Assembly: GCA_951406725.2 (NCBI GenBank)
Contig: OX597832.1
Location: forward strand, 4,526,001-4,590,000
Origin: Octopus vulgaris
Lineage: Eukaryota
DNA: 64,000 nucleotides
Direction: 5' to 3'
The translations under genes and the position numbers were made by a program. The notes under the pieces were generated by a model. It had not been told where the DNA came from. It did no database searches and saw only the letters and a program-made list of their open reading frames with translations. Shown here in pieces: positions 1 to 10,983 of this stretch (the stretch's first letter is position 1; each line of letters starts with the position of its first letter).

Positions 1-273
1 CATTAAAGATTAAAAATTACAAATTAGAAATTAAGAATAAAAAATTAAGAATAAAAATAAAAATTATACTTTGTAATATTAAGAATTAAAATTTTTTAAT
101 TATACATTATAAATACGAATTAGTATATTTATCAATCATGTAAAATCAAGTATATGTCAAATACAGAATGTGAGATATAAGATTAAACATCAGAATAAAA
201 ATGACTGTGTTTAAATTTGATATATAACAAGAAAAATTCAAATACATATATTTACTAAATATATATATATTTA

Positions 274-556
274 CTAATTTACTAAAGACACTCTAAGGAT
301 TTTGTGATATTGTTAATTTGGATGGCACAGGTTTACATGTACTGACTTACTTGAAGACACTGTTTTACTGCATGGGCTTTAACTACTATGGTCTGTGCTG
401 AGCAGGGTCCCTTGACTTCTTAATGAAGTCCATAGTAGTCATAGTAGTTTAAGCCCTTGCAGTAATACAGTGTCTTCAAGTAAGTCAGTACATGTAAACC
501 TGTGCCATTCAAATTGATAATATTACAAAATCCTTAGAGTGTCTTTAGTAAATTAG
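274..556. repeat. Fold-back inverted repeat (~117-bp arms, ~49-bp spacer)
   Basis: 274-390 (ctaatttactaaagacactctaagg...aactactatg) is the reverse complement of 440-556 with a few mismatches. Confidence 0.9.
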
Positions 557-809
557 AAGAGGTACACCAAGGGAAGATGAAAGAGGCTAAATCAGCTTAT
601 ATGTATGTATGTCATTGTTCAGTTTTATTTCAAGATTTCTTGCCAATAGAGAAAGAGCCAGTTTCTAACATAGATTCAAGGTTCCTTCATTGGAACTTCA
701 ACATGAACAACAGGGTATTTTTGTTTGTATGTATCAATGTATATGTGCAAATTTGTATGTTTTGCTTTATGTATGTATTTTCATGCATATAGTTGCATAT
801 CTAGACATG

Positions 810-842
<33 letters not shown>

Positions 843-847
<5 letters not shown>

Positions 848-1435
848 AATTGAGATAGGGGTTGTAAATGCAACCTTCCATGGGATAACATATATCCAAT
901 ATACTGCCAGTGAAGTACCCAACAAAGTTAATACATAAATGTTAAGAATTGCGATGCAATTAATTCATTTACTGTATTATATGGGCAAAGGTAAAGTGTT
1001 TTACCACAAATTCATAATACAAAATAAGAAAATGGAGAAATATATCCAGATCAAATATCAACTACCAGATAATACCCAATCACATACTTTATTAAACCAC
1101 CACATAAGAAACTTTAAGGTCAAACATAATAATATATGACAAAACAGTGTACATAAAGGAATGTACATAAAGGAATAATATGATACAATAAGTACAATAT
1201 GTATAAGAGAATATAAATATAAATAAATATAAATATAAATATAAACTACATCTTACAGCTTGTACTTATTGTATCATATTATTCCTTTATGTACACTCCT
1301 TTATGTACACTGTTTTGTCATATATTATTATGTTTGACCTTAAAGTTTCTTATGTGGTGGTTTAATAAAGTATGTGATTGGGTATTATCTGGTAGTTGAT
1401 ATTTGATTTGGATGTATTTCTTCATTTTCTTATTT

Positions 1436-1440
<5 letters not shown>
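843..1440. mobile_element. Penelope-like terminal-repeat fragment with ~180-bp fold-back, flanked by (TA)n
   Basis: 1017-1197 is a near-perfect reverse complement of 1260-1440. 843-990 recurs inverted at ~30120-30265, also abutting (TA)n. The spacer ends in ttacagct, like the stem III/cleavage end of the GAAACAGCTGTA-type hammerhead family. Confidence 0.6.
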
Positions 1441-1468
<28 letters not shown>

Positions 1469-1471
<3 letters not shown>

Positions 1472-2520
1472 AATGATAAACTTCTGGTAAGTTTTACAGA
1501 TTTTTACATTTCTAGTAATGGATTGGATCTGTAGTCTTCAAATTAGCTTTCTCCTTTCTGGTTTTAAGAAGATTGGTATTTAGGCAGTGTGTTACATATC
1601 CCAGGGCTCCAGTAATAACAGGTATAAACCTAAGTTTGTAATCTGGACAGAGTAACTGCAGATTTCTCAATTGTTCAGTGTAGGTGCTCTCTTTTTCATT
1701 GATCGTCAGCTTTATGTTAACATCCACTGGGCAGCTAATTTCCACAACTGTGCACAGTTTCTCCTCTCTATCCCAAATCATTACATCAGATCTGTTGTGC
1801 TTACATTTTATTGAGGTCTTCACTGGGACATTCCACCAGTACTCCTTTTTATTATGAGTGGCTATGTCTTCTACCATATTGCAGGTACTTATTCCTTTGT
1901 CTTCAGTGTTATCCTTCCAACAGATTCCATTATAGAGTGGCCTAGCTACAACATCATGTCTCATCAGTAGATAATGCCGTGATGACATTTTTGGACAACT
2001 GCTTATGATGTGGGTGATATCTTTACTGTGAACTCCACAAAGTCTGTATCAGTTGTCACATTTTACTGCTTTTCATGCATCTCTATCCCCTTTGTGCATC
2101 AGGTACTTGTTGATATTTCCTGTTCCTGGATTGCAAATGTATACCCTTCAAAATGGAAGATAGTAATCTAGCTATTTGTCCATGATAAGCTGCTTTTTCA
2201 TGATCAATGTTACTATTGTATTGGAGCTTTCTACTAATATATCCATGCGTAGTCTTCTGCTCATATAGGCTCACCCTTCATCTGATGATATGTTGCAGTA
2301 GAGTCATGTGACTTCTTTGGATATGTATTCTAGGTTATCAGACAAAGAATGTTGCTCAAAGAGCTGCCTCCAAAGTCTTATGATGTTATCAGCCTCATGT
2401 ATACAAACTTCATCAAGAGATACACTTCGACACTTGGTAATTAGAAGATGTTGCTGAAAGGATATGATGCAACATTCCAAGGCATTTGGGATTGGTGTTA
2501 AGCCTCTGCCCCCTTTTTTT
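1469..2520 (-). mobile_element. 3' fragment of R4/Dong-clade non-LTR retrotransposon (restriction-like endonuclease), decayed
   Basis: Minus-strand translation shows a decayed CCHC knuckle (...RLCGVHSKDITHIISSCPKMS), RHDVVA, HNR(S)DVMIWD and VVEISCP..N...KESTY..L, plus IPVITGALG, i.e. an RLE domain. Stops and frameshifts upstream; 3' end abuts (TA)n. Confidence 0.85.
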
Positions 2521-2947
2521 CTTGAGCCTGCTACTTTTGCTATTGGTCAGTTTGCCAAACTGCTAAGATACAAGAACATAAACATACCAATAGTGGTTGT
2601 CAAGCAGTAGTGGTGGACAAGTACAGACACAAAGGTACACACAATAATATATATATATGCGTATATGTGTGTGTGGGCATATATATATATATACATACAC
2701 ATATGTTTACATGACTGGGTTCTTTCAGTCAGTTTTCCTCTATTCAAATCCATTAATAAGACTTTGGTCAGTCCAAGGCAATAGCAGAAAACACTTGACA
2801 AGGTGCCACACAGTGGGACTGAACCTTAAACGATGTATTTGGGAAGCAAACCTCTTATCACTCAGTTACACCTGTGCCTGTATATATTTTCACACCTAAT
2901 ATATATTTTAAGTGTATATACATGTATATGTGTGATGTGTAAATATA

Positions 2948-3107
2948 GGTGCAGGCGTGGTTGTGTGGTAAGAAGCTTGCTTACCAACCACATAGTTCCA
3001 GGTTCAGTCCCACTGTGTGGCACCTTGGGCAAATGGCTTCTATTACGGCCTCAGGCTGACCAAAGCCTTGTGAGTGGGTTTGATTGACAGAAACTGAAAA
3101 GAATCCC

Positions 3108-3152
<45 letters not shown>

Positions 3153-3367
3153 TTGTGTGTCTTTGTGTCTCTGTTTGTCCCTCCCACCATCGCTTGACCA
3201 CTGATGTTGGTGTGTTTACGTACTTCGTAACATAGCGGTTTGGCAAAAGTCACAAGTAGAATAAGTACCAGGCTTACAAAGAGTAAGTCCTGCTGGGTTG
3301 ATTTCTTCAACTAAAATGGCGGTGCTGCAGTATGGCCACAATCACATGACTGAAACAAGTAAAAGAA
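2948..3367 (+). mobile_element. tRNA-derived CORE-type SINE with internal (TA)n (representative copy of the dominant SINE family)
   Basis: A-box-like TGGTTGTGTGG, B-box GGTTCAGTCCC, CORE-like CCTTGGGCAA..., internal microsatellite and tail ...TGACTGAAACAAGTAAAAGA. Further full or partial copies at ~2545-2880(-), 5270-5460, 5670-6140(-), 6680-7225(-), 7370-7830, 13258-13560, 16402-16785, 19189-19840, 19914-20237, 25968-26390(-), 30300-30455(-), 45230-45625, 50545-50880(-), 57160-57620(-), 58528-58925, 59270-59390(-), 61816-62095. Confidence 0.85.
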
Positions 3368-3429
3368 TAATATATATATATATATATATGTATACACACC
3401 TAAATATATATATATATATACACACACAA

Positions 3430-3515
<86 letters not shown>
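3368..3515. repeat. (TA)n/(CA)n microsatellite
   Basis: Direct reading. Similar tracts at 812-843, 4755-4985, 5884-5985, 27976-28022, 33115-33165, 50020-50058, 50285-50478. Confidence 0.95.
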
Positions 3516-3518
<3 letters not shown>

Positions 3519-3815
3519 CCCCCTAATCAATCAATTCTCTGCTTCATGTTGTCCTTCTCCACACCACATCCTCCATTGTAGCTTCTCCCTCAACCCCACC
3601 ATCCCTATACCACTTTACTTTCTTCTACCCAGAACCATCACATTTGCTTACCATTTCTTACCCATTAATACTCTTATCCATTCCTGCATGTTCCAGTGGT
3701 CATCCTCGCTTCAGATCACCAAATTATCTCCCTTCATGCCATGCATTACAACTGTTTTATCTCTCTACTTTGCTCTTGCAGCCTATCCAAACTCATCATC
3801 ATCATCTTCATCATC

Positions 3816-3852
3816 GTCTCTCTCTCTCCCTCTCTCTCTCTCTCTCTCACTC

Positions 3853-3891
<39 letters not shown>

Positions 3892-3940
3892 CCCTTTCTC
3901 TCTTTTCTTTCACTCTCTCTTTTCATTCTTTCTCTATCTT

Positions 3941-3992
<52 letters not shown>

Positions 3993-4160
3993 CTCGCCTC
4001 ATTCTTTCTGTCTCTCTCTTCTGCTCTCTCCGTCCCTCTCTTTCTCTCTCCTTTCCCTCTCTTTTTTCTGTCTGCCTCTCTCTCTCTCTCTTCTCTTTCG
4101 CTCTTTCTTTCTCTCTCTTTTACTCTCTCTCTCTCTCTCTCTCCCTCCCTCCCTCCCTCC
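3816..4160. repeat. (CT)n/(TATC)n-rich low-complexity tract
   Basis: Direct reading; source of the spurious 300-aa and 253-aa ORFs. Confidence 0.95.
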
Positions 4161-4874
4161 TTCCATTCTACCTCTGTTAATGGTATCATTTTCACCATAA
4201 TTGTCGTATCCCTTTTGCTTTCTGAATTTGTGCACTCCTCCTCCTCGTCAATCCTTATGAATATTGCCTACCTATCTCTCCCACTTCCCATGTCTCTGCC
4301 CACTACCCCTTCCAAAGTCTCATTCCCCCACCCACAATTGCTCCTGCTACCTGTGGTGCCATCTGGATATCTCATCACCACTGTCTATCTCCTTGGAGAT
4401 ACCCCTAATTCATTATCATGCTCTCTCTCTCCCTCTCTCTCTCTTAACCATGAGTAGCCTTGTAGTTCCTTTACAGCAAGAACCTGCTCAACTCCAACCT
4501 TTCCGCACACCCCTATCTAACCCTCCCTGGGTTTGCTGCTTTGCAACCTACATGTTAACCCCAGTGACATGAAAAAAAAAGTACCCAACACCCAGTGTGA
4601 AGTGGTTAGTGTTACAGAGGGTATCCAGCCATAGAAACCATGCCAAAGAAGACACTAAACTATGATGCAGTCTTTGACTCATTGGATCCCTGTCAAAGCA
4701 CCCAAACCATGCTGGCATGGAAAACATGAACATTAACACATTAAATGATGATGATATATATATTTGTGTGTGTGTATATATATATATATATGTATACACA
4801 CACACATATATATATACACACACACACACACATCACATATATATTTATTATTTATATATGTATATATATATATT

Positions 4875-4948
<74 letters not shown>

Positions 4949-5881
4949 ATATATATATATATATAGATATATATATATATGTATATCTCGAGCGAGGTCA
5001 TTGCCAGTCCCGCTGGACTGACTCCTGTGCAGGTGGCATGCAAAAAACACCATTTCGAGCGTGGCCGTTGCCAGTACCGCCAGTCTGGCCCTCGTGCTGG
5101 TGGCACGTAAAAGCACCCACTACACTCTTGGAGTGTTTGGCATTAGGAAGGGCATCCAGCTGTAGAAACTCTGCCAGATCATATATATATATATAGACAC
5201 ACACACACATATCTGTGTGTGTGTATGTATGTGTGTGTGTATGTATGTGTGTGTGTGTGTGTGTGTGTTAGTATCCTGCTTCACAACTGGTATTGGTGTG
5301 TTTAGGTTCTAGTAACTTAGTGGTTTGGGAAAAGAGACTGATAGAACAAATACTAGGCTTTAAAAAAAATAAGTTCTGGGGTTGATTTGTTTGACTACAA
5401 CTCTTCAAGGCAATGCCCCAGCATGGCCATAGTCAAAAGACTGAAACAAGTAAAATATAAATATAGAAGGATCAGTTAATTATAAATTTATCCAACATAA
5501 TACCTTCTCAGATTCACGCACTTATTGCATCAGCCCTTCAGTTTTCTAAGCCCTGTAAAAGAACTCAGAAGGTTGCCCCTCCCCACTGCCACAACCAAGC
5601 CTTTCATGATACCCTTAAAGTCAGGAACTTTTCAGCACCCACTTGTGTATGTGTGTGTGTATTCATTTATTCTTTTACTTGTTTCAGTCATTTGACAGCA
5701 GCCTTGCCACAGCACTGCCTTTAGTCGAGCAAATCAACTCAGGATTATTCTTTGTAAGCCTAGTACTTATTCTATCGGTCTCATTGGCCGAACCACCAAG
5801 TTACACACCAGCATTGGTTGTCAAGCGATGTTGGGGGGGGGGGACAAACACACACACACACAAACACATACACACACAGAC

Positions 5882-5982
<101 letters not shown>

Positions 5983-8204
5983 TATGATGGGCTTCTTTCA
6001 GTTTCCGTCTACTAAATCCACTCACAAGGCTTTTGTCGGCCTGAGGCTATAATAGAAGACATTTGCCCAAGGTGCCATGCAGTGGACCTGAACCCGGAAC
6101 CATGTGGTTGGTAAGCAAGCTACTAACCACCCAGCCATTCCTCATCGTCTCACCATCATTGTATTTCTTTTGTACTCTGTATGATGAGGACTAATGTGCA
6201 ACCCAAACGTTCAATCACTATGAATATATCATTTGTGCAGGTGGTTCTGTTTACTAGCTTACTATGCCTTTTTTTTTATTATTGTTGTTGAATTTATAAC
6301 TCTGTATCCTTGTTATATGAGTATTAAATTCAGCAATGGTTAGCACTATCTAAGGAAGAGAGACCTCTTTCAAAAAGACAGCTGAATTTAATAGTCATAT
6401 GACAATGTTACAAAAATATTCTGAAATTTAATGTAAAAATCAAAAATAAAGGTAATAAAATGTAAAATAAGAAGAAGCAGTGAGTGTGTTTAAAAAGATA
6501 GACATAATAATAATAATAAGGAAATTATTGTATACAGTGCTCAGGTGCACCACAACTTGTCTTTTTTTTTTTTTTTTTACTGTCAGCTAGAAAAGAATTA
6601 AGTGAATTTAGGGTTGATCTCAAAACATGAGTTGCAAAAAGTAATGCGTGTGTGTGACATTATTTTATTCCTTTATTGTTTTACTTCTCCCAGTCATTTT
6701 ACTGCAGCCATGCTGGAGCATCGCCTTAAAGGGTTTTAGTTGAAGGATCAGTGCCCCAGCATGGCCACAGCTCATGAGCTGAAACTAGAATCAATCAATC
6801 ATAATACCCTCTCAGATTCATGCACTTGTTGCATCAGCCCTTCAGTTTTCTAAGCCCTGTAAAAGAACTCGGAAGGTTGCCCCCCCCCCCCACATCAAGC
6901 CTTTCATGATACCCTTAAAGCCAGGAACTTTTCAGCACCCACATGTGTAGTTATTCTATCAGTTCCTATTTTGCCAAACCACTAAGTTACAGGGACGTAA
7001 ACACACCAACATCAGTTGTCAAGTGATGGTGCAGAGAAAAACACAGGCAATAAAACACACACACACACACACACACATATATTTATATATATACATGATG
7101 GGCTTCTTTTAGTTTCCATCTGCCAAATTCACTCACAAGGCTTTGGTCAGCTCGAGGCTATAGTAGAAGACACTTGCCCAAGATGCCACCACACAATGGG
7201 ACTGAACCTGGAACCATGTGGTTGGGATGTGTTTGCGTGTGTGATTTGTGTGTATCTGTGTGGATGACCGTGTATATGTGTGAGTATATCTGCTTGTCCG
7301 TCTGTCTGTCTATCTTTGAATCTATTTACCTGTTTGTCTACTTGTCCGTCTGTCTGTCTGTCTGTCTGTTGATCGGTCAAGTTCCATTTGACTGGGCAGC
7401 ATCTTGGGTAAGTTCTTCTACTATAGCCCCATGCCAACCAATGGCATGTGAGGAAATTTGGCAGGCAGAAACTGTGTAGAAGTCTGTTGTCTGAGTGTGC
7501 ATGTGTGTGTGTGTGTGTGTGCTTGTGCATGTGTGTGTGTGCTTGAGCATATGCTTGTATGTGTGCACACCTACATGCATGTGTCTGTGCGCATGTGTGT
7601 GTGAGTGTCAGTGTCTTTGTATTTGTGTTTGTTCCCCACCACTGCTTAACAACCAGTTGTTGGCTTGTTTGTCTGGGTAACTTAGCAGTTCAGTAAAAGA
7701 GATTGATAGAATGAGTGAGAGACTAAGAACAATATATCCCGGAGTCAATCTGTTTGACTTTAACTTTTCAAGGCAGTGCCTCAGCAAGGCTGAAGTCCAA
7801 TGTCTGAGACAAATAAAACATAAATGAAAAAAAACAAAAAAACAAAGATATAAAATATACACATAAGTGTGTGCATGTGGTGTGTGTGTGTGTGTGAATG
7901 AGTTTATTTTTATTTATATATATGGTAATCGCAGCTAAACATGTTTGTATCTGGTCTTATCAAAAGGCAAAGCAAAACTCATAATCAACAAACAAGTTGA
8001 ATGAGAAAGTGAATTCGAAAGGGAAAGACAGAGAGAGAGAGAGAGTAAGAGCGAGAGAGGAGGGGGGAGATAGAGTGAGAGAGAGGAAGGGACAGGGAAG
8101 AACTGATGGACTGGGATGAGGTTCATATATTTTTACCTCAACCTTTCTGCATTTATCAAAGATTTCACCCATTGCACTATCATTACATATACATGCACAC
8201 ACTT

Positions 8205-8530
8205 GTATGTATGTATGTATGTATGTATGTATGTATGTATGTATGTATGTATGCATGCATGTATGTATGTATGCATGTATGTATGTATGTATGTATGTGT
8301 GTGTGTATGTATGTATGTATGTATGTATGCATGCATGCATGTATGCCTGTGTGTATGTATGTATGTATGTATGTATGTATTATGTATGTGTGTGTGTATG
8401 CACGTATAGTATGCATGTATGTATGTTTGTGTGTGCCTGTGTTTGTATTTATGTATGTGTATGTATGTATATTTGTATGTATATATATGTATGAAAGTGT
8501 GTGTATGTATGTGCATATGTGCCTGTGTGT
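8205..8530. repeat. (TGTA)n/(TG)n compound microsatellite
   Basis: Direct reading. Confidence 0.95.
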
Positions 8531-8591
8531 GCAGGTATGCATGTACTTATATATGCAACTACTGAGAGCAGTAACCAGCCCTGGGACTGAC

Positions 8592-8717
8592 TTAGAAGCA
8601 GAGCAATGTAATGTTGAGAGCGATGTAAAGCCAGAAGTCCCAGACTTTTCACTATTTGTAGCATTAATTCAAGTCTTAATCTCACTAAGTTATGGCTTAA
8701 AGAGTGGAGGGTATAGT
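8592..8717 (-). other. Candidate exon of a second, unidentified minus-strand gene
   Basis: Strong acceptor tttttaatttttatttcAG at 8719/8718, ATG at 8664 giving MLQIVKSLGLLALHRSQHYIALLL, possible donor GTcagt at 8591. No homology recognised. Confidence 0.25.
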
Positions 8718-8936
8718 CTGAAATAAAAATTAAAAATCTGGAAAATAAAGCGCTTTATGGGGTGGATTCTCATACACACTCTTCCCAGTAACTTTCCTAA
8801 TAGTGCATATTATTTAAATTAAATTTTTCATGTGCAAACTTTCAAAGTCATGACTTTGTGATGAAATTAATCCACTTATGTGCTATAACTTGATTCTTTA
8901 TTGTTCATTATTAATTTTGATGATAGACTCCAAAAC

Positions 8937-9157
8937 ACGAGGTAGGTGTTGAAAAGTTCCTTGCTTTGCATAAAAGAAAATACAGGAGGATCAGTTAATT
9001 ATGATTTTATCCAACATATTCCCCTCTCAGAATCACAAACTTAATGCAGTGGTCCTTCAGTTTTTCTAAGTCCTGTAAAAGAATTCAGATGGTTGGGCCT
9101 CCAGCTTGGCCTTTCACAATACTCTTAAAGCCAAGAACTTTTCAGCACCCCCATCAT
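8937..9157. mobile_element. mariner-derived MITE
   Basis: TIR-like ends ACGAGGTAGGTGTTGAAAAGTTCC... and ...GAACTTTTCAGCACCCCCATCATA. Partial copies at ~5465-5640 and ~6800-6945. Confidence 0.7.
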
Positions 9158-9439
9158 AATCAGAGCCCATTTCCTTTGTGGACAAAGGCTTTCATCAATC
9201 AATGACATCATTTTCAGAAGAGAGAAAAAACTTAAACATTTGTTCAATTAATCTGCTAATTTGCTGATGATATAAATAGATTGTCAAGAATTCCTATAAA
9301 GTGTTCTGTAACACAAGATTGAGAATTCTCATAATTAAATGAAGCAGGCTTCTTATGTGCTCTTTTTAAAGCAAATGTTTTTTATTTCTTAGAAGGCAGT
9401 TCTCACTACAAAATCACTCTGATTACTGAGAACTGCTTG

Positions 9440-10560
9440 GGTCATGCAGTCTTTTCTGTATTATCTTGCTCCTCAAGAAATTCTTGATGAGCTTTAGTTT
9501 ACTTGAAGAACTCTCAGCAGATGCTACTGTAACTGGTAATGTGCAGAATATTCACTATATAATACATACAATGGGAAAAATATCATTTGGAAAATGTATA
9601 TTTTTATTATATTTAAAAGTTGATGGGTCCTTGATGCTTATTTAATTCAAAATGCCTCATTTCATCTTGTATGGATTCTAAGAGGTTGGCCAATAATCTT
9701 GCACATGCAAGGTTAGGTTAATTTGCCACCATGCTTTAATATTGCAAAAATAAATGCAAAACAATTTGATGTGTTTGCAGCATCAACCACTTTGATCTCA
9801 AGCAATCGCTTTGAAAACATTATTGTTTCTACTTCTTAACTTCCAACACTTATCAAATTGCTCAAAGAAGGTAATACAAATCCTACTGCCATTTAGCTCA
9901 TCATATTCCATTAGTTCCATTTCCACAGCAGATGATTCCATAGCCAGAGGTACAAGAATTGAACATCCATCATTGACCACATCAGCCATAAATGGATTTA
10001 CAAGAATGGCAAAGCATGGCTTCAGCTTCTGCAAGTCATCAAACCTGGCTAGGAAATTATCAAACAATCCTCGTAATTTATCTTTGTATTCTTCCAGTTT
10101 GTGGTTTTTTTTATTTCAATAACAGGGAATGTATTTACTCTCCTACTGAGATTGGGAAAGTTACTGAAGTTTCTTGACAATATGTCTCTTTAAAAAACTC
10201 TTATTTTATTCTAAAAGTTGAAAATTGTTTGAGCAAGATTAGAAATAATCTTAATATTTCCCTGGAGTGCCAAATTGAGAGTTTGTAGATGATTCATTAT
10301 ATCAGTAAAGAACATCAGATCTTGCATCCTTTCATCATTTTCTGCTTTTCTGCTTTAGCAAGTATAAAAATGAAATACAAAAGTCATCAACAGTTGGAAT
10401 TGATATGTAACTTAGTCTTGATAAGCATTTAACCCAGAATCAATGGACATATCAATAAACATAACTAGCATATCAAAGTTTGTTTTTTGTTCTTTTTCTT
10501 TTTATTTCTGTGTCTATTTTACTTTTGATTTAATTGCGTATATTGTATCCACAAAGTTAT
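9440..10560 (-). mobile_element. Decayed hAT transposase remnant (Tip100/ZMYM1-type), interrupted at 9905-10342
   Basis: 9539-9468 translates LPVTVASAESSSSKLKLIKNFLRS, matching the hAT dimerisation motif LPVTVASAERSFSKLKLIKNYLRS. Boundaries approximate. Confidence 0.65.
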
Positions 10561-10983
10561 GGTGACAAAAGAATTATATGAATACAAAAACTATTTTGTG
10601 TTCTCATTAATTGGTAAGGGGATAAAAATGTTCATTAACATTTTGAGATGGAGGAGGTATTTGTTAGTTTTGGAATCCTTGGTTTAAAATATTTAAAGGT
10701 GTTGGGCATCTTCTAGTTGATCTCATGGTTTGTGCCATGGTGGAGAGTTAGGTAATTGGTTATGTAGTTGTTACTGTTATTGATGGCATTCACTCATATT
10801 GACTGATATTATCAAATAGTTTGGACTTAGAATTAATCATGTGACTAGCAGTGATGTCAGAGATATCCAGTTTTTACGATAGATATCAACTAGTGCTCTG
10901 CTTTAGGTTAATCAAATGACTGACAGTGTTATCAATGATGTTTATTTTTTTGATAAGTATTAGCAAGCTGTGTTGTTTTAAGC

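Noticed and set aside
3298-4457. Long ORFs (300, 253, 178 aa) and the many YIYI/SLSL/ERER/CMYV ORFs across the window
   Set aside because: Translations of microsatellites and low-complexity DNA lacking stop codons; no domain content.
6175-6220. AUGAUGA-GG...CC-CAAA-CGUUC possible fossil hammerhead next to a 25-bp inverted repeat
   Set aside because: Two core positions are mutated and there is no convincing stem I; too degenerate to call without a consensus.
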